From Eledone cirrhosa (taxonomy: Eukaryota): a stretch of DNA of 64,000 nucleotides. The DNA lies in contig OZ024741.1 of assembly GCA_964016885.1 (NCBI GenBank), positions 122,636,001-122,700,000 of the forward strand, read 5' to 3'. Shown in pieces: positions 16,167 through 34,658 of the stretch; position 1 is the stretch's first letter; each line of letters begins with the position of its first letter. Position numbers and translations under genes: made by a program. The notes beneath the pieces are model-generated. The model was not told where the DNA came from, searched no databases, and saw only the letters and a program-made list of their open reading frames with translations.

Positions 16167-16595
16167 TGCTACTTTACGTCTGTATACATATATGTATGTA
16201 CGTATACATACATACTTACATTTAAGTAAGTGCCGTACTAAGAGTGAGAAATGAAATTTCGTATTCAATCTATTACAACTTATCGTTTTCGGTGCGCCTG
16301 GCCGACTGAACTCACTCGATATGCAAATTAGGCTGCTCAGCCGTTAATTTTCATAAGAAAAGTATATACTTTCGAAAGTTCAACCTTCTGGCAGAAGGGT
16401 ATACGGTGCTGATGATAGCTAAGAAGCTTGAAACTAGTACATCGTTCCTGTGTCAGTGTTGAACAAAAAGGAGACGTGGTTGCCTTAATACCGTACGGCA
16501 TAAATTCAGGCTGTCCGTTTGTTTACAAACGGACAATGCAGGCGTTATAATAAACGTCCGCTAAACTGATACGTACATATATGTATGTGTACCTG

Positions 16596-16640
<45 letters not shown>

Positions 16641-17072
16641 GCTTGCTACTGTACGTCTGTATACATATATGTATGTACGTATACATACATACTTACATTT
16701 AAGTAAGTGCCATACTAAGAGTGAGAAATGTAATTTAGTTTTCATTCTATTACAACTTATCGTTTTCGGTGCGCCTGGCCGACTGAACTCACTCGATATG
16801 CAAGTTAGGCTGCTCAGCCGTTAATTTTCATAAGAAAAGTATATACTTTCGAACGTTCAACCATCCGGCAGAAGGGTATACGGTGCTGATGATAGCTAAG
16901 AAGCTTGAAACTAGTACATCGTTCCGGTGTCAGTGTTGAACAAAAAGGTGACGTGGTTGCCTTAACACCGTACGGCATAAATCCAGGCTGTCCGTTTGTT
17001 TACAAACGGACAAAGCGGGCGTTATAATAAATGTCCGTTAAACTGATACGTACATATATGTATGTGTACCTG

Positions 17073-17129
<57 letters not shown>

Positions 17130-17187
17130 GTGCATGCTACTGTACGTCTGTATACATACATGTATGTACGTATACATACGTACTTAC

Positions 17188-17254
<67 letters not shown>

Positions 17255-17384
17255 GTAATTACTCTAAGGCCCCAACTTATCGAGTGCTTTGCTAACTCAT
17301 CATTTCATATAAGTAGGCCGAATATACTTGCAAACCGCCAGAGATTCGATTTTACTATTTTCCAATTATATATATATATGTATG

Positions 17385-17517
<133 letters not shown>

Positions 17518-17768
17518 GCATGCTACTGTACGTCTGTATACATATATGTATGTACGTATACATACATACTTACATTTAAGTAAGTGCCGTACTAGTAAGC
17601 TTGAAACTAGTACATCGTTCCTGTGTCAGTGTTGAACAAAAAGGTGACGAGGTTGCCTTAACACCGTACGGCATAAATTCAGGCTGTCCGTTTGTTTACG
17701 AACGGACAATGCGGGCGTTATAATAAACGTCCGCTAAACTGATACGTACATATATGTATGTGTACCTG

Positions 17769-17840
<72 letters not shown>

Positions 17841-18267
17841 CTACTGTACGTCTGTATACATATATGTATGTACGTATACATACATACTTACATTTAAGTA
17901 AGTGCCGTACTAAGAGTGAGAAATGAAATTTCGTTTTCATTCTATTACAACTTATCGTTTTCTGTGCGCCTGGCCGACTGAACTCACTCGATATGCAAAT
18001 TAGGCTGCTCAGCCGTTAATTTTCATAAGGAATGTATATACTTTCGAACGTTCAACAATCTGGCAGAAGGGTATACGGTGCTGATGATAGCTAAGAAGCT
18101 TGAAACTAGTACATCGTTCCTGTGTCAGTGTTGAACAAAAAGGTGACGTGGTTGCCTTAACACCGTACGGCATAAATCTAGGCTGTCCGTTTGTTTACGA
18201 ACGGACAAAGCGGGCGTTATAATAAACGTCCGCTAAACTGATACGTACATATATGTATGTGTACCTG

Positions 18268-18330
<63 letters not shown>

Positions 18331-18765
18331 GCATGCTACTGTACATCTGTATACATATATGCATGTACGTATACATACATACTTACATTTAAGTAAGTGC
18401 CATACTAAGAGTGAAAAATGAAATTTCGTTTTCATTCTATTACAACTTATCGTTTTCGGTGCGCCTGGCCGACTGAACTCACTCGATATGCAAATTAGGC
18501 TGCTCAGCCGTTAATTTTCATAAGAAAAGTATATACTTTCGAACGTTCAACCATCTGCAGAAGGGTATACGGTGCTGATGATAGCTAAGAAGTTTGAAAC
18601 TAGTACATCGTTCCTGTGACAGTGTTGAACAAAAAGGTGACGTGGTTGCCTTAATACCGTACGGCATAAATTCAGGCTGTCCGTTTGTTTACAAACGGAC
18701 AAATCAGGCGTTATAATAAACGTCCACTAAATTGATATGTACATATATGTATGTGTACCTGTATG

Positions 18766-18829
<64 letters not shown>

Positions 18830-19250
18830 TGCTACAGTACGTCTGTATACATATATGTATGTACGTATACTTACATTTAAGTAAGTGCCGTACTAAGAGT
18901 GAGAAATGAAATTTCGTTTTCATTCTATTACAACTTATCGTTTTCTGTGCGCCTGGCCGACTGAACTCACTCGATATGCAAATTAGGCTGCTCAGCCGTT
19001 AATTTTCATAAGGAAAGTATATACTTTCGAACGTTCAACCATCTGGCAGAAGGGTATACGGTGCTGATGATAGCTAAGAAGCTTGAAACTAGTACATCGT
19101 TCCTGTGTCAGTGTTGAACAAAAAGGTGACGTGGTTGCCTTAACACCGTACGGCATAAATCTAGGCTGTCAGTTTGTTTACAAACGGACAAAGCGGGCGT
19201 TATAATAAACGTCCGCTAAACTGATATGTACATATATGTATGTGTACCTG

Positions 19251-19307
<57 letters not shown>

Positions 19308-19739
19308 GCATGCTACTGTACGTCTGTATACATATATGTATGTACGTATACATACATACTTACATTTAAGTAAGTGCCGTACTAAGAGTGAGAAATTAAA
19401 TTTCGTTTTCATTCTATTACAACTTATCGTTTTCGGTACGCCTGGTCGACTGAACTCACTCCTTATGCAAATTAGGCTGCTCAGTCGTTAATTTTCATAA
19501 GGAAAGTATATACTTTCGAACGTTCAACCATTTGGCAGAAGGGTATATGGTGCTGATGATAGCTAAGAAGCTTGAAACTAGTACATCGTTCCTGTGTCAG
19601 TGTTGAACAAAAAGGTGACGTGGTTGCCTTAACACCGTACGGCATAAATCTAGGCTGTCCGTTTGTTTACAAACGGACAAAGCGGGCGTTATAATAAACG
19701 TCCGCTAAACTGATATGTACATATATGTATGTGTACCTG

Positions 19740-19809
<70 letters not shown>

Positions 19810-20238
19810 TGCTACTGTACGTCTGTATACATATATGTATGTACATATACATACATATTTACATTTAAGTAAGTGCCGTACTAAGGGTGAGAAATGAAAT
19901 TTCGTTTTCATTCTATTACAACTTATCGTTTTCTGTGCGCCTCGCCGACTGAACTCACTCGATATGCAAATTAGGCTGCTCAGCCGTTAATTTTCATAAG
20001 GGATGTATATACTTTCGAACGATCAACAATCTGGCAGAAGGGTATACGGTGCTGATGATAGCTAAGAAGCTTGAAACTAGTACATCGTTCCTGTGTCAGT
20101 GTTGAACAAAAAGGTGACGTGGTTGCCTTAACACCGTACGGCATAAATCTAGGCTGTCCGTTTGTTTACAAACGGACAAAGCGGGCGTTATAATAAACGT
20201 CCGCTAAACTGATACGTACATATATGTATGTGTACCTG

Positions 20239-20324
<86 letters not shown>

Positions 20325-20745
20325 TGCTACAGTACGTCTGTATACATATATGTATGTACGTATACTTACATTTAAGTAAGTGCCGTACTAAGAGTGAGAA
20401 ATGAAATTTCGTTTTCATTCTATTACAACTTATCGTTTTCTGTGCGCCTGGCCGACTGAACTCACTCGATATGCAAATTAGGCTGCTCAGCCGTTAATTT
20501 TCATAAGGAAAGTATATACTTTCGAACGTTCAACCATCTGGCAGAAGGGTATACGGTGCTGATGATAGCTAAGAAGCTTGAAACTAGTACATCGTTCCTG
20601 TGTCAGTGTTGAACAAAAAGGTGACGTGGTTGCCTTAACACCGTTCGGCATAAATCTAGGCTGTCAGTTTGTTTACAAACGGACAAAGCGGGCGTTATAA
20701 TAAACGTCCGCTAAACTGATATGTACATATATGTATGTGTATCTG

Positions 20746-20798
<53 letters not shown>

Positions 20799-21230
20799 GC
20801 ATGCTACTGTACGTCTGTATACATATATGTATGTACGTATACATACATACTTACATTTAAGTAAGTGCCGTACTAAGAGTGAGAAATGAAATTTCGTTTT
20901 CATTCTATTACAACTTATCGTTTTCGGTACGCCTGGTCGACTGAACTCACTCCTTATGCAAATTAGGCTGCTCAGTCGTTAATTTTCATAAGGAAAGTAT
21001 ATACTTTCGAACGTTCAACCATTTGGCAGAAGGGTATATGGTGCTGATGATAGCTAAGAAGCTTGAAACTAGTACATCGTTCCTGTGTCAGTGTTGAACA
21101 AAAAGGTGACGTGGTTGCCTTAACACCGTACGGCATAAATCTAGGCTGTCCGTTTGTTTACAAACGGACAAAGCGGGCGTTATAATAAACGTCCGCTAAA
21201 CTGATATGTACATATATGTATGTGTACCTG

Positions 21231-21334
<104 letters not shown>

Positions 21335-21765
21335 CATGCTACTGTACGTCTGTATACATATATGTATGTACATATACATACATATTTACATTTAAGTAAG
21401 TGCCGTACTAAGGGTGAGAAATGAAATTTCGTTTTCATTCTATTACAACTTATCGTCTTCTGTGCGCCTGGCCGACTGAACTCACTCGATATGCAAATTA
21501 GGCTGCTCAGCCCTTAATTTTCATAAGGAAAGTATATACTTTCGAACGTTCAACCATCTGGCAGAAGGGTATACGGTGCTGATGATAGCTAAGAAGCTTG
21601 AAACTAGTACATCGTTCCTGTGTCAGTGTTGAACAAAAAGGTGACGTGGTTGCCTTAACACCGTACGGCATAAATCTAGGCTGTCCGTTTGTTTACAAAC
21701 GGACAAAGCGGGCGTTATAATAAACGTCCGCTAAACTGATATGTACATATATGTATGTGTACCTG

Positions 21766-21853
<88 letters not shown>

Positions 21854-22282
21854 TGCTACTTTACGTCTGTATACATATATGTATGTACGTATACATACAT
21901 ACTTACATTTAAGTAAGTGCCGTACTAAGAGTGAGAAATGAAATTTCGTATTCAATCTATTACAACTTATCGTTTTCGGTGCGCCTGGCCGACTGAACTC
22001 ACTCGATATGCAAATTAGGCTGCTCAGCCGTTAATTTTCATAAGAAAAGTATATACTTTCGAAAGTTCAACCTTCTGGCAGAAGGGTATACGGTGCTGAT
22101 GATAGCTAAGAAGCTTGAAACTAGTACATCGTTCCTGTGTCAGTGTTGAACAAAAAGGTGACGTGGTTGCCTTAATACCGTACGGCATAAATTCAGGCTG
22201 TCCGTTTGTTTACAAACGGACAATGCAGGCGTTATAATAAACGTCCGCTAAACTGATACGTACATATATGTATGTGTACCTG

Positions 22283-22367
<85 letters not shown>

Positions 22368-22423
22368 GCATGCTACTGTACGTCTGTATACATATATGTA
22401 TGTACGTATACATACGTACTTAC

Positions 22424-22552
<129 letters not shown>

Positions 22553-22682
22553 GTAATTACTCTAAGGCCCCAACTTATCTAGTGCTTTGCTAACTCATCA
22601 TTTCATATAAGTAGGCCGAATGTACTTGCAAACCGCCAGAGATTCGATTTTACTATTTTCCAATTATATATATATATGTATG

Positions 22683-22802
<120 letters not shown>

Positions 22803-23058
22803 TATATGCATGCTACTGTACGTCTGTATACATATATGTATGCACGTATACATACATACTTACATTTAAGTAAGTGCCGTACTAGTAAGCTTGAAACTAG
22901 TACATCGTTCCTGTGTCAGTGTTGAACAAAAAGGTGACGTGGTTGCATTAACACCGTACGGCATAAATTCAGGCTGTCCGTTGGTTTACAAACGGACTAT
23001 GCGGGCGTTATAATAAACGTCCGCTAAACTGATACGTACATATATGTATGTGTACCTG

Positions 23059-23152
<94 letters not shown>

Positions 23153-23573
23153 TGCTACAGTACGTCTGTATACATATATGTATGTACGTATACTTACATT
23201 TAAGTAAGTGCCGTACTAAGAGTGAGAAATGAAATTTCGTTTTCATTCTATTACAACTTATCGTTTTCTGTGCGCCTGGCCGACTGAACTCACTCGATAT
23301 GCAAATTAGGCTGCTCAGCCGTTAATTTTCATAAGGAAAGTATATACTTTCGAACGTTCAACCATCTGGCAGAAGGGTATACGGTGCTGATGATAGCTAA
23401 GAAGCTTGAAACTAGTACATCGTTCCTGTGTCAGTGTTGAACAAAAAGGTGACGTGGTTGCCTTAACACCGTTCGGCATAAATCTAGGCTGTCAGTTTGT
23501 TTACAAACGGACAAAGCGGGCGTTATAATAAACGTCCGCTAAACTGATATGTACATATATGTATGTGTATCTG

Positions 23574-23630
<57 letters not shown>

Positions 23631-24062
23631 GCATGCTACTGTACGTCTGTATACATATATGTATGTACGTATACATACATACTTACATTTAAGTAAGTGC
23701 CGTACTAAGAGTGAGAAATGAAATTTCGTTTTCATTCTATTACAACTTATCGTTTTCGGTACGCCTGGTCGACTGAACTCACTCCTTATGCAAATTAGGC
23801 TGCTCAGTCGTTAATTTTCATAAGGAAAGTATATACTTTCGAACGTTCAACCATTTGGCAGAAGGGTATATGGTGCTGATGATAGCTAAGAAGCTTGAAA
23901 CTAGTACATCGTTCCTGTGTCAGTGTTGAACAAAAAGGTGACGTGGTTGCCTTAACACCGTACGGCATAAATCTAGGCTGTCCGTTTGTTTACAAACGGA
24001 CAAAGCGGGCGTTATAATAAACGTCCGCTAAACTGATATGTACATATATGTATGTGTACCTG

Positions 24063-24136
<74 letters not shown>

Positions 24137-24567
24137 CATGCTACTGTACGTCTGTATACATATATGTATGTACATATACATACATATTTACATTTAAGTA
24201 AGTGCCGTACTAAGGGTGAGAAATGAAATTTCGTTTTCATTCTATTACAACTTATCGTCTTCTGTGCGCCTGGCCGACTGAACTCACTCGATATGCAAAT
24301 TAGGCTGCTCAGCCCTTAATTTTCATAAGGAAAGTATATACTTTCGAACGTTCAACCATCTGGCAGAAGGGTATACGGTGCTGATGATAGCTAAGAAGCT
24401 TGAAACTAGTACATCGTTCCTGTGTCAGTGTTGAACAAAAAGGTGACGTGGTTGCCTTAACACCGTACGGCATAAATCTAGGCTGTCCGTTTGTTTACAA
24501 ACGGACAAAGCGGGCGTTATAATAAACGTCCGCTAAACTGATATGTACATATATGTATGTGTACCTG

Positions 24568-24653
<86 letters not shown>

Positions 24654-25081
24654 TGCTACTTTACGTCTGTATACATATATGTATGTACGTATACATACAT
24701 ACTTACTTTTAAGTAAGTGCCGTACTAAGAGTGAGAAATGAAATTTCGTATTCAATCTATTACAACTTATCGTTTTCGGTGCGCCTGGCCGACTGAACTC
24801 ACTCGATATGCAAATTAGGCTGCTCAGCCGTTAATTTTCATAAGAAAAGTATATACTTTCGAAAGTTCAACCTTCTGGCAGAAGGGTATACGGTGCTGAT
24901 GATAGCTAAGAAGCTTGAAACTAGTACATCGTTCCTGTGTCAGTGTTGAACAAAAAGGTGACGTGTTTGCCTTAATACCGTACGGTATAAATCAGGCTGT
25001 CCGTTTGTTTACAAACGGACAATGCAGGCGTTATAATAAACGTCCGCTAAACTGATACGTACATATATGTATGTGTACCTG

Positions 25082-25153
<72 letters not shown>

Positions 25154-25204
25154 CTACTGTACGTCTGTATACATATATGTATGTACGTATACATACGTAC
25201 TTAC

Positions 25205-25270
<66 letters not shown>

Positions 25271-25380
25271 TGCTACTGTACGTCTGTATACATATATGTA
25301 TGTTCGTATACATACATACAAAGCGGGAGTTATAATAAACGTCCGCTAAACTGATATGTACATATATGTATGTGTACCTG

Positions 25381-25484
<104 letters not shown>

Positions 25485-25913
25485 TGCTACTTTACGTCTG
25501 TATACATATATGTATGTACGTATACATACATACTTACATTTAAGTAAGTGCCGTACTAAGAGTGAGAAATGAAATTTCGTATTCAATCTATTACAACTTA
25601 TCGTTTTCGGTGCGCCTGGCCGACTGAACTCACTCGATATGCAAATTAGGCCGCTCAGCCGTTAATTTTCATAAGAAAAGTATATACTTTCGAACGTTCA
25701 ACCATCTGGCAGAAGGGTATACGGTGCTGATGATAGCTAAGAAGCTTGAAACTAGTACATCGTTCCTGTGTCAGTGTTGAACAAAAAGGTGACGTGGTTG
25801 CATTAACACCGTACGGCATAAATCCAGGCTGTCCGTTTGTTTACAAACGGACAAAGCGGGCGTTATAATAAATGTCCGTTAAACTGATACGTACATATAT
25901 GTATGTGTACCTG

Positions 25914-26010
<97 letters not shown>

Positions 26011-26068
26011 GTGCATGCTACTGTACGTCTGTATACATATATGTATGTACGTATACATACATACTTAC

Positions 26069-26109
<41 letters not shown>

Positions 26110-26239
26110 GTAATTACTCTAAGGCCCCAACTTATCGAGTGCTTTGCTAACTCATCATTTCATATAGGTAGGCCGAATGTACTTGCAAACCGCCAGAGAT
26201 TCGACTTTACTATTTTCCAATTATATATATATATGTATG

Positions 26240-26352
<113 letters not shown>

Positions 26353-26784
26353 GCATGCTACTTTACGTCTGTATACATATATGTATGTACGTATACATAC
26401 ATACTTACATTTAAGTAAGTGCCGTACTAAGAGTGAGAAATGAAATTTCGTATTCAATCTATTACAACTTATCGTTTTCGGTGCGCCTGGCCGACTGAAC
26501 TCACTCGATATGCAAATTAGGCTGCTCAGCCGTTAATTTTCATAAGAAAAGTATATACTTTCGAAAGTTCAACCCTCTGGCAGAAGGGTATACGGTGCTG
26601 ATGATAGCTAAGAAGCTTGAAACTAGTACATCGTTCCTGTGTCAGTGTTGAACAAAAAGGAGACGTGGTTGCCTTAATACCGTACGGCATAAATTCAGGC
26701 TGTCCGTTTGTTTACAAACGGACAATGCAGGCGTTATAATAAACGTCCGCTAAACTGATACGTACATATATGTATGTGTACCTG

Positions 26785-26863
<79 letters not shown>

Positions 26864-27295
26864 GCATGCTACTGTACGTCTGTATACATATATGTATGTA
26901 CGTATACATACATACTTACATTTAAGTAAGTGCCATACTAAGAGTGAGAAATGTAATTTAGTTTTCATTCTATTACAACTTATCGTTTTCGGTGCGCCTG
27001 GCCGACTGAACTCACTCGATATGCAAGTTAGGCTGCTCAGCCGTTAATTTTCATAAGAAAAGTATATACTTTCGAACGTTCAACCATCTGGCAGAAGGGT
27101 ATACGGTGCTGATGATAGCTAAGAAGCTTGAAACTAGTACATCGTTCCGGTGTCAGTGTTGAACAAAAAGGTGACGTGGTTGCCTTAACACCGTACGGCA
27201 TAAATCCAGGCTGTCCGTTTGTTTACAAACGGACAAAGCGGGCGTTATAATAAATGTCCGTTAAACTGATACGTACATATATGTATGTGTACCTG

Positions 27296-27334
<39 letters not shown>

Positions 27335-27392
27335 GTGCATGCTACTGTACGTCTGTATACATATATGTATGTACGTATACATACGTACTTAC

Positions 27393-27437
<45 letters not shown>

Positions 27438-27567
27438 GTAATTACTCTAAGGCCCCAACTTATCGAGTGCTTTGCTAACTCATCATTTCATATAAGTAGG
27501 CCGAATGTACTTGCAAACCGCCAGAGATTCGATTTTACTATTTTCCAATTATATATATATATGTATG

Positions 27568-27700
<133 letters not shown>

Positions 27701-27951
27701 GCATGCTACTGTACGTCTGTATACATATATGTATGTACGTATACATACATACTTACATTTAAGTAAGTGCCGTACTAGTAAGCTTGAAACTAGTACATCG
27801 TTCCTGTGTCAGTGTTGAACAAAAAGGTGACGTGGTTGCCTTAACACCGTACGGCATAAATTCAGGCTGTCCGTTTGTTTACGAACGGACAATGCGGGCG
27901 TTATAATAAACGTCCGCTAAACTGATACGTACATATATGTATGTGTACCTG

Positions 27952-28051
<100 letters not shown>

Positions 28052-28478
28052 CTACTGTACGTCTGTATACATATATGTATGTACGTATACATACATACTT
28101 ACATTTAAGTAAGTGCCGTACTAAGAGTGAGAAATGAAATTTCGTTTTCATTCTGTTACAACTTATCGTTTTCTGTGCGCCTGGCCGACTGAACTCACTC
28201 GATATGCAAATTAGGCTGCTCAGCCGTTAATTTTCATAAGGAATGTATATACTTTCGAACGTTCAACAATCTGGCAGAAGGGTATACGGTGCTGATGATA
28301 GCTAAGAAGCTTGAAACTAGTACATCGTTCCTGTGTCAGTGTTGAACAAAAAGGTGACGTGGTTGCCTTAACACCGTACGGCATAAATCTAGGCTGTCCG
28401 TTTGTTTACAAACGGACAAAGCGGGCGTTATAATAAACGTCCGCTAAACTGATACGTACATATATGTATGTGTACCTG

Positions 28479-28545
<67 letters not shown>

Positions 28546-28980
28546 GCATGCTACTGTACATCTGTATACATATATGCATGTACGTATACATACATACTTA
28601 CATTTAAGTAAGTGCCATACTAAGAGTGAAAAATGAAATTTCGTTTTCATTCTATTACAACTTATCGTTTTCGGTGCGCCTGGCCGACTGAACTCACTCG
28701 ATATGCAAATTAGGCTGCTCAGCCGTTAATTTTCATAAGAAAAGTATATACTTTCGAACGTTCAACCATCTGCAGAAGGGTATACGGTGCTGATGATAGC
28801 TAAGAAGTTTGAAACTAGTACATCGTTCCTGTGTCAGTGTTGAACAAAAAGGTGACGTGGTTGCCTTAATACCGTACGGCATAAATTCAGGCTGTCCGTT
28901 TGTTTACAAACGGACAAATCAGGCGTTATAATAAACGTCCACTAAATTGATATGTACATATATGTATGTGTACCTGTATG

Positions 28981-29042
<62 letters not shown>

Positions 29043-29472
29043 TGCTACTGTACGTCTGTATACATATATGTATGTACGTATACATACATACTTACATTTA
29101 AGTAAGTGCCGTACTAACAGTGAGAAATGAAATTTCGTTATCATTCTATTACAACTTATCGTTTTCTGTGCGCCTGGCCGACTGAACTCACTCGATATGC
29201 AAATTAGGCTGCTCAGCCGTTAATTTTCATAAGGAAAGTATATACTTTCGAACGTTCAACCATCTGGCAGAAGTGTATACGGTGCTGACGATAGCTAAGA
29301 AGCTTGAAACTAGTACATCGTTCCTGTGTCAGTGTTGAACAAAAAGGTGACGTGGTTGCCTTAACACCGTACGGCATAAATTCAGGCTGTCCGTTTTTTT
29401 TACAAACGGACAAAGCAGGCGTTATAATAAACGTCCACTAAACTGATATGTACATATATGTATGTGTACCTG

Positions 29473-29548
<76 letters not shown>

Positions 29549-29977
29549 TGCTACTGTACGTCTGTATACATATATGTATGTTCGTATACATACATACTTA
29601 CATTTAAGTAAGTGCCGTACTAAGAGTGAGAAATGAAATTTCGTTTTCATTCTATTACAACTTATCGTTTTCGGTGCGCCTGGCCGACTGAACTCACTCG
29701 ATATGCAAATTAGGCTGCTCAGCCGTTAATTTTCATAAGGAAAGTATATACTTTCGAACGTTCAACCATCTGGCAGAAGGGTATACGGTGCTGATGATAG
29801 CTAAGAAGCTTGAAACTAGTTCATCGTTCCTGTGTCAGTGTTGAACAAAAAGGTGACGTGGTTGCCTTAACACCGTACGGCATAAATTCAGGCTGTCCGT
29901 TTGTTTACAAACGGACAATGCGGGCGTTATGATAAACGTCCGCCAAACTGATACGTACATATATGTATGTGTACCTG

Positions 29978-30061
<84 letters not shown>

Positions 30062-30482
30062 TGCTACAGTACGTCTGTATACATATATGTATGTACGTAT
30101 ACTTACATTTAAGTAAGTGCCGTACTAAGAGTGAGAAATGAAATTTCGTTTTCATTCTATTACAACTTATCGTTTTCTGTGCGCCTGGCCGACTGAACTC
30201 ACTCGATATGCAAATTAGGCTGCTCAGCCGTTAATTTTCATAAGGAAAGTATATACTTTCGAACGTTCAACCATCTGGCAGAAGGGTATACGGTGCTGAT
30301 GATAGCTAAGAAGCTTGAAACTAGTACATCGTTCCTGTGTCAGTGTTGAACAAAAAGGTGACGTGGTTGCCTTAACACCGTACGGCATAAATCTAGGCTG
30401 TCAGTTTGTTTACAAACGGACAAAGCGGGCGTTATAATAAACGTCCGCTAAACTGATATGTACATATATGTATGTGTACCTG

Positions 30483-30535
<53 letters not shown>

Positions 30536-30967
30536 GCATGCTACTGTACGTCTGTATACATATATGTATGTACGTATACATACATACTTACATTTAAGTA
30601 AGTGCCGTACTAAGAGTGAGAAATGAAATTTCGTTTTCATTCTATTACAACTTATCGTTTTCGGTACGCCTGGTCGACTGAACTCACTCCTTATGCAAAT
30701 TAGGCTGCTCAGTCGTTAATTTTCATAAGGAAAGTATATACTTTCTAACGTTCAACCATTTGGCAGAAGGGTATATGGTGCTGATGATAGCTAAGAAGCT
30801 TGAAACTAGTACATCGTTCCTGTGTCAGTGTTGAACAAAAAGGTGACGTGGTTGCCTTAACACCGTACGGCATAAATCTAGGCTGTCCGTTTGTTTACAA
30901 ACGGACAAAGCGGGCGTTATAATAAACGTCCGCTAAACTGATATGTACATATATGTATGTGTACCTG

Positions 30968-31029
<62 letters not shown>

Positions 31030-31458
31030 TGCTACTGTACGTCTGTATACATATATGTATGTACATATACATACATATTTACATTTAAGTAAGTGCCGTA
31101 CTAAGGGTGAGAAATGAAATTTCGTTTTCATTCTATTACAACTTATCGTTTTCTGTGCGCCTCGCCGACTGAACTCACTCGATATGCAAATTAGGCTGCT
31201 CAGCCGTTAATTTTCATAAGGAATGTATATACTTTCGAACGTTCAACAATCTGGCAGAAGGGTATACGGTGCTGATGATAGCTAAGAAGCTTGAAACTAG
31301 TACATCGTTCCTGTGTCAGTGTTGAACAAAAAGGTGACGTGGTTGCCTTAACACCGTACGGCATAAATCTAGGCTGTCCGTTTGTTTACAAACGGACAAA
31401 GCGGGCGTTATAATAAACGTCCGCTAAACTGATACGTACATATATGTATGTGTACCTG

Positions 31459-31516
<58 letters not shown>

Positions 31517-31937
31517 TGCTACAGTACGTCTGTATACATATATGTATGTACGTATACTTACATTTAAGTAAGTGCCGTACTAAGAGTGAGAAATGAAATT
31601 TCGTTTTCATTCTATTACAACTTATCGTTTTCTGTGCGCCTGGCCGACTGAACTCACTCGATATGCAAATTAGGCTGCTCAGCCGTTAATTTTCATAAGG
31701 AAAGTATATACTTTCGAACGTTCAACCATCTGGCAGAAGGGTATACGGTGCTGATGATAGCTAAGAAGCTTGAAACTAGTACATCGTTCCTGTGTCAGTG
31801 TTGAACAAAAAGGTGACGTGGTTGCCTTAACACCGTTCGGCATAAATCTAGGCTGTCAGTTTGTTTACAAACGGACAAAGCGGGCGTTATAATAAACGTC
31901 CGCTAAACTGATATGTACATATATGTATGTGTATCTG

Positions 31938-31990
<53 letters not shown>

Positions 31991-32422
31991 GCATGCTACT
32001 GTACGTCTGTATACATATATGTATGTACGTATACATACATACTTACATTTAAGTAAGTGCCGTACTAAGAGTGAGAAATGAAATTTCGTTTTCATTCTAT
32101 TACAACTTATCGTTTTCGGTACGCCTGGTCGACTGAACTCACTCCTTATGCAAATTAGGCTGCTCAGTCGTTAATTTTCATAAGGAAAGTATATACTTTC
32201 GAACGTTCAACCATTTGGCAGAAGGGTATATGGTGCTGATGATAGCTAAGAAGCTTGAAACTAGTACATCGTTCCTGTGTCAGTGTTGAACAAAAAGGTG
32301 ACGTGGTTGCCTTAACACCGTACGGCATAAATCTAGGCTGTCCGTTTGTTTACAAACGGACAAAGCGGGCGTTATAATAAACGTCCGCTAAACTGATATG
32401 TACATATATGTATGTGTACCTG

Positions 32423-32474
<52 letters not shown>

Positions 32475-32905
32475 CATGCTACTGTACGTCTGTATACATA
32501 TATGTATGTACATATACATACATATTTACATTTAAGTAAGTGCCGTACTAAGGGTGAGAAATGAAATTTCGTTTTCATTCTATTACAACTTATCGTCTTC
32601 TGTGCGCCTGGCCGACTGAACTCACTCGATATGCAAATTAGGCTGCTCAGCCGTTAATTTTCATAAGGAAAGTATATACTTTCGAACGTTCAACCATCTG
32701 GCAGAAGGGTATACGGTGCTGATGATAGCTAAGAAGCTTGAAACTAGTACATCGTTCCTGTGTCAGTGTTGAACAAAAAGGTGACGTGGTTGCCTTAACA
32801 CCGTACGGCATAAATCTAGGCTGTCCGTTTGTTTACAAACGGACAAAGCGGGCGTTATAATAAACGTCCGCTAAACTGATATGTACATATATGTATGTGT
32901 ACCTG

Positions 32906-32987
<82 letters not shown>

Positions 32988-33416
32988 TGCTACTTTACGT
33001 CTGTATACATATATGTATGTACGTATACATACATACTTACATTTAAGTAAGTGCCGTACTAAGAGTGAGAAATGAAATTTCGTATTCAATCTATTACAAC
33101 TTATCGTTTTCGGTGCGCCTGGCCGACTGAACTCACTCGATATGCAAATTAGGCTGCTCAGCCGTTAATTTTCATAAGAAAAGTATATACTTTCGAAAGT
33201 TCAACCTTCTGGCAGAAGGGTATACGGTGCTGATGATAGCTAAGAAGCTTGAAACTAGTACATCGTTCCTGTGTCAGTGTTGAACAAAAAGGTGACGTGG
33301 TTGCCTTAATACCGTACGGCATAAATTCAGGCTGTCCGTTTGTTTACAAACGGACAATGCAGGCGTTATAATAAACGTCCGCTAAACTGATACGTACATA
33401 TATGTATGTGTACCTG

Positions 33417-33469
<53 letters not shown>

Positions 33470-33527
33470 GTGCATGCTACTGTACGTCTGTATACATATA
33501 TGTATGTACGTATACATACGTACTTAC

Positions 33528-33584
<57 letters not shown>

Positions 33585-33714
33585 GTAATTACTCTAAGGC
33601 CCCAACTTATCGAGTGCTTTGCTAACTCATCATTTCATATAAGTAGGCCGAATGTACTTGCAAACCGCCAGAGATTCGATTTTACTATTTTCCAATTATA
33701 TATATATATGTATG

Positions 33715-33846
<132 letters not shown>

Positions 33847-34102
33847 TATATGCATGCTACTGTACGTCTGTATACATATATGTATGTACGTATACATACA
33901 TACTTACATTTAAGTAAGTGCCGTACTAGTAAGCTTGAAACTAGTACATCGTTCCTGTGTCAGTGTTGAACAAAAAGGTGACGTGGTTGCCTTAACACCG
34001 TACGGCATAAATTCAGGCTGTCCGTTTGTTTACGAACGGACAATGCGGGCGTTATAATAAACGTCCGCTAAACTGATACGTACATATATGTATGTGTACC
34101 TG

Positions 34103-34154
<52 letters not shown>

Positions 34155-34581
34155 CTACTGTACGTCTGTATACATATATGTATGTACGTATACATACATA
34201 CTTACATTTAAGTAAGTGCCGTACTAAGAGTGAGAAATGAAATTTCGTTTTCATTCTGTTACAACTTATCGTTTTCTGTGCGCCTGGCCGACTGAACTCA
34301 CTCGATATGCAAATTAGGCTGCTCAGCCGTTAATTTTCATAAGGAATGTATATACTTTCGAACGTTCAACAATCTGGCAGAAGGGTATACGGTGCTGATG
34401 ATAGCTAAGAAGCTTGAAACTAGTACATCGTTCCTGTGTCAGTGTTGAACAAAAAGGTGACGTGGTTGCCTTAACACCGTACGGCATAAATCTAGGCTGT
34501 CCGTTTGTTTACAAACGGACAAAGCGGGCGTTATAATAAACGTCCGCTAAACTGATACGTACATATATGTATGTGTACCTG

Positions 34582-34658
<77 letters not shown>
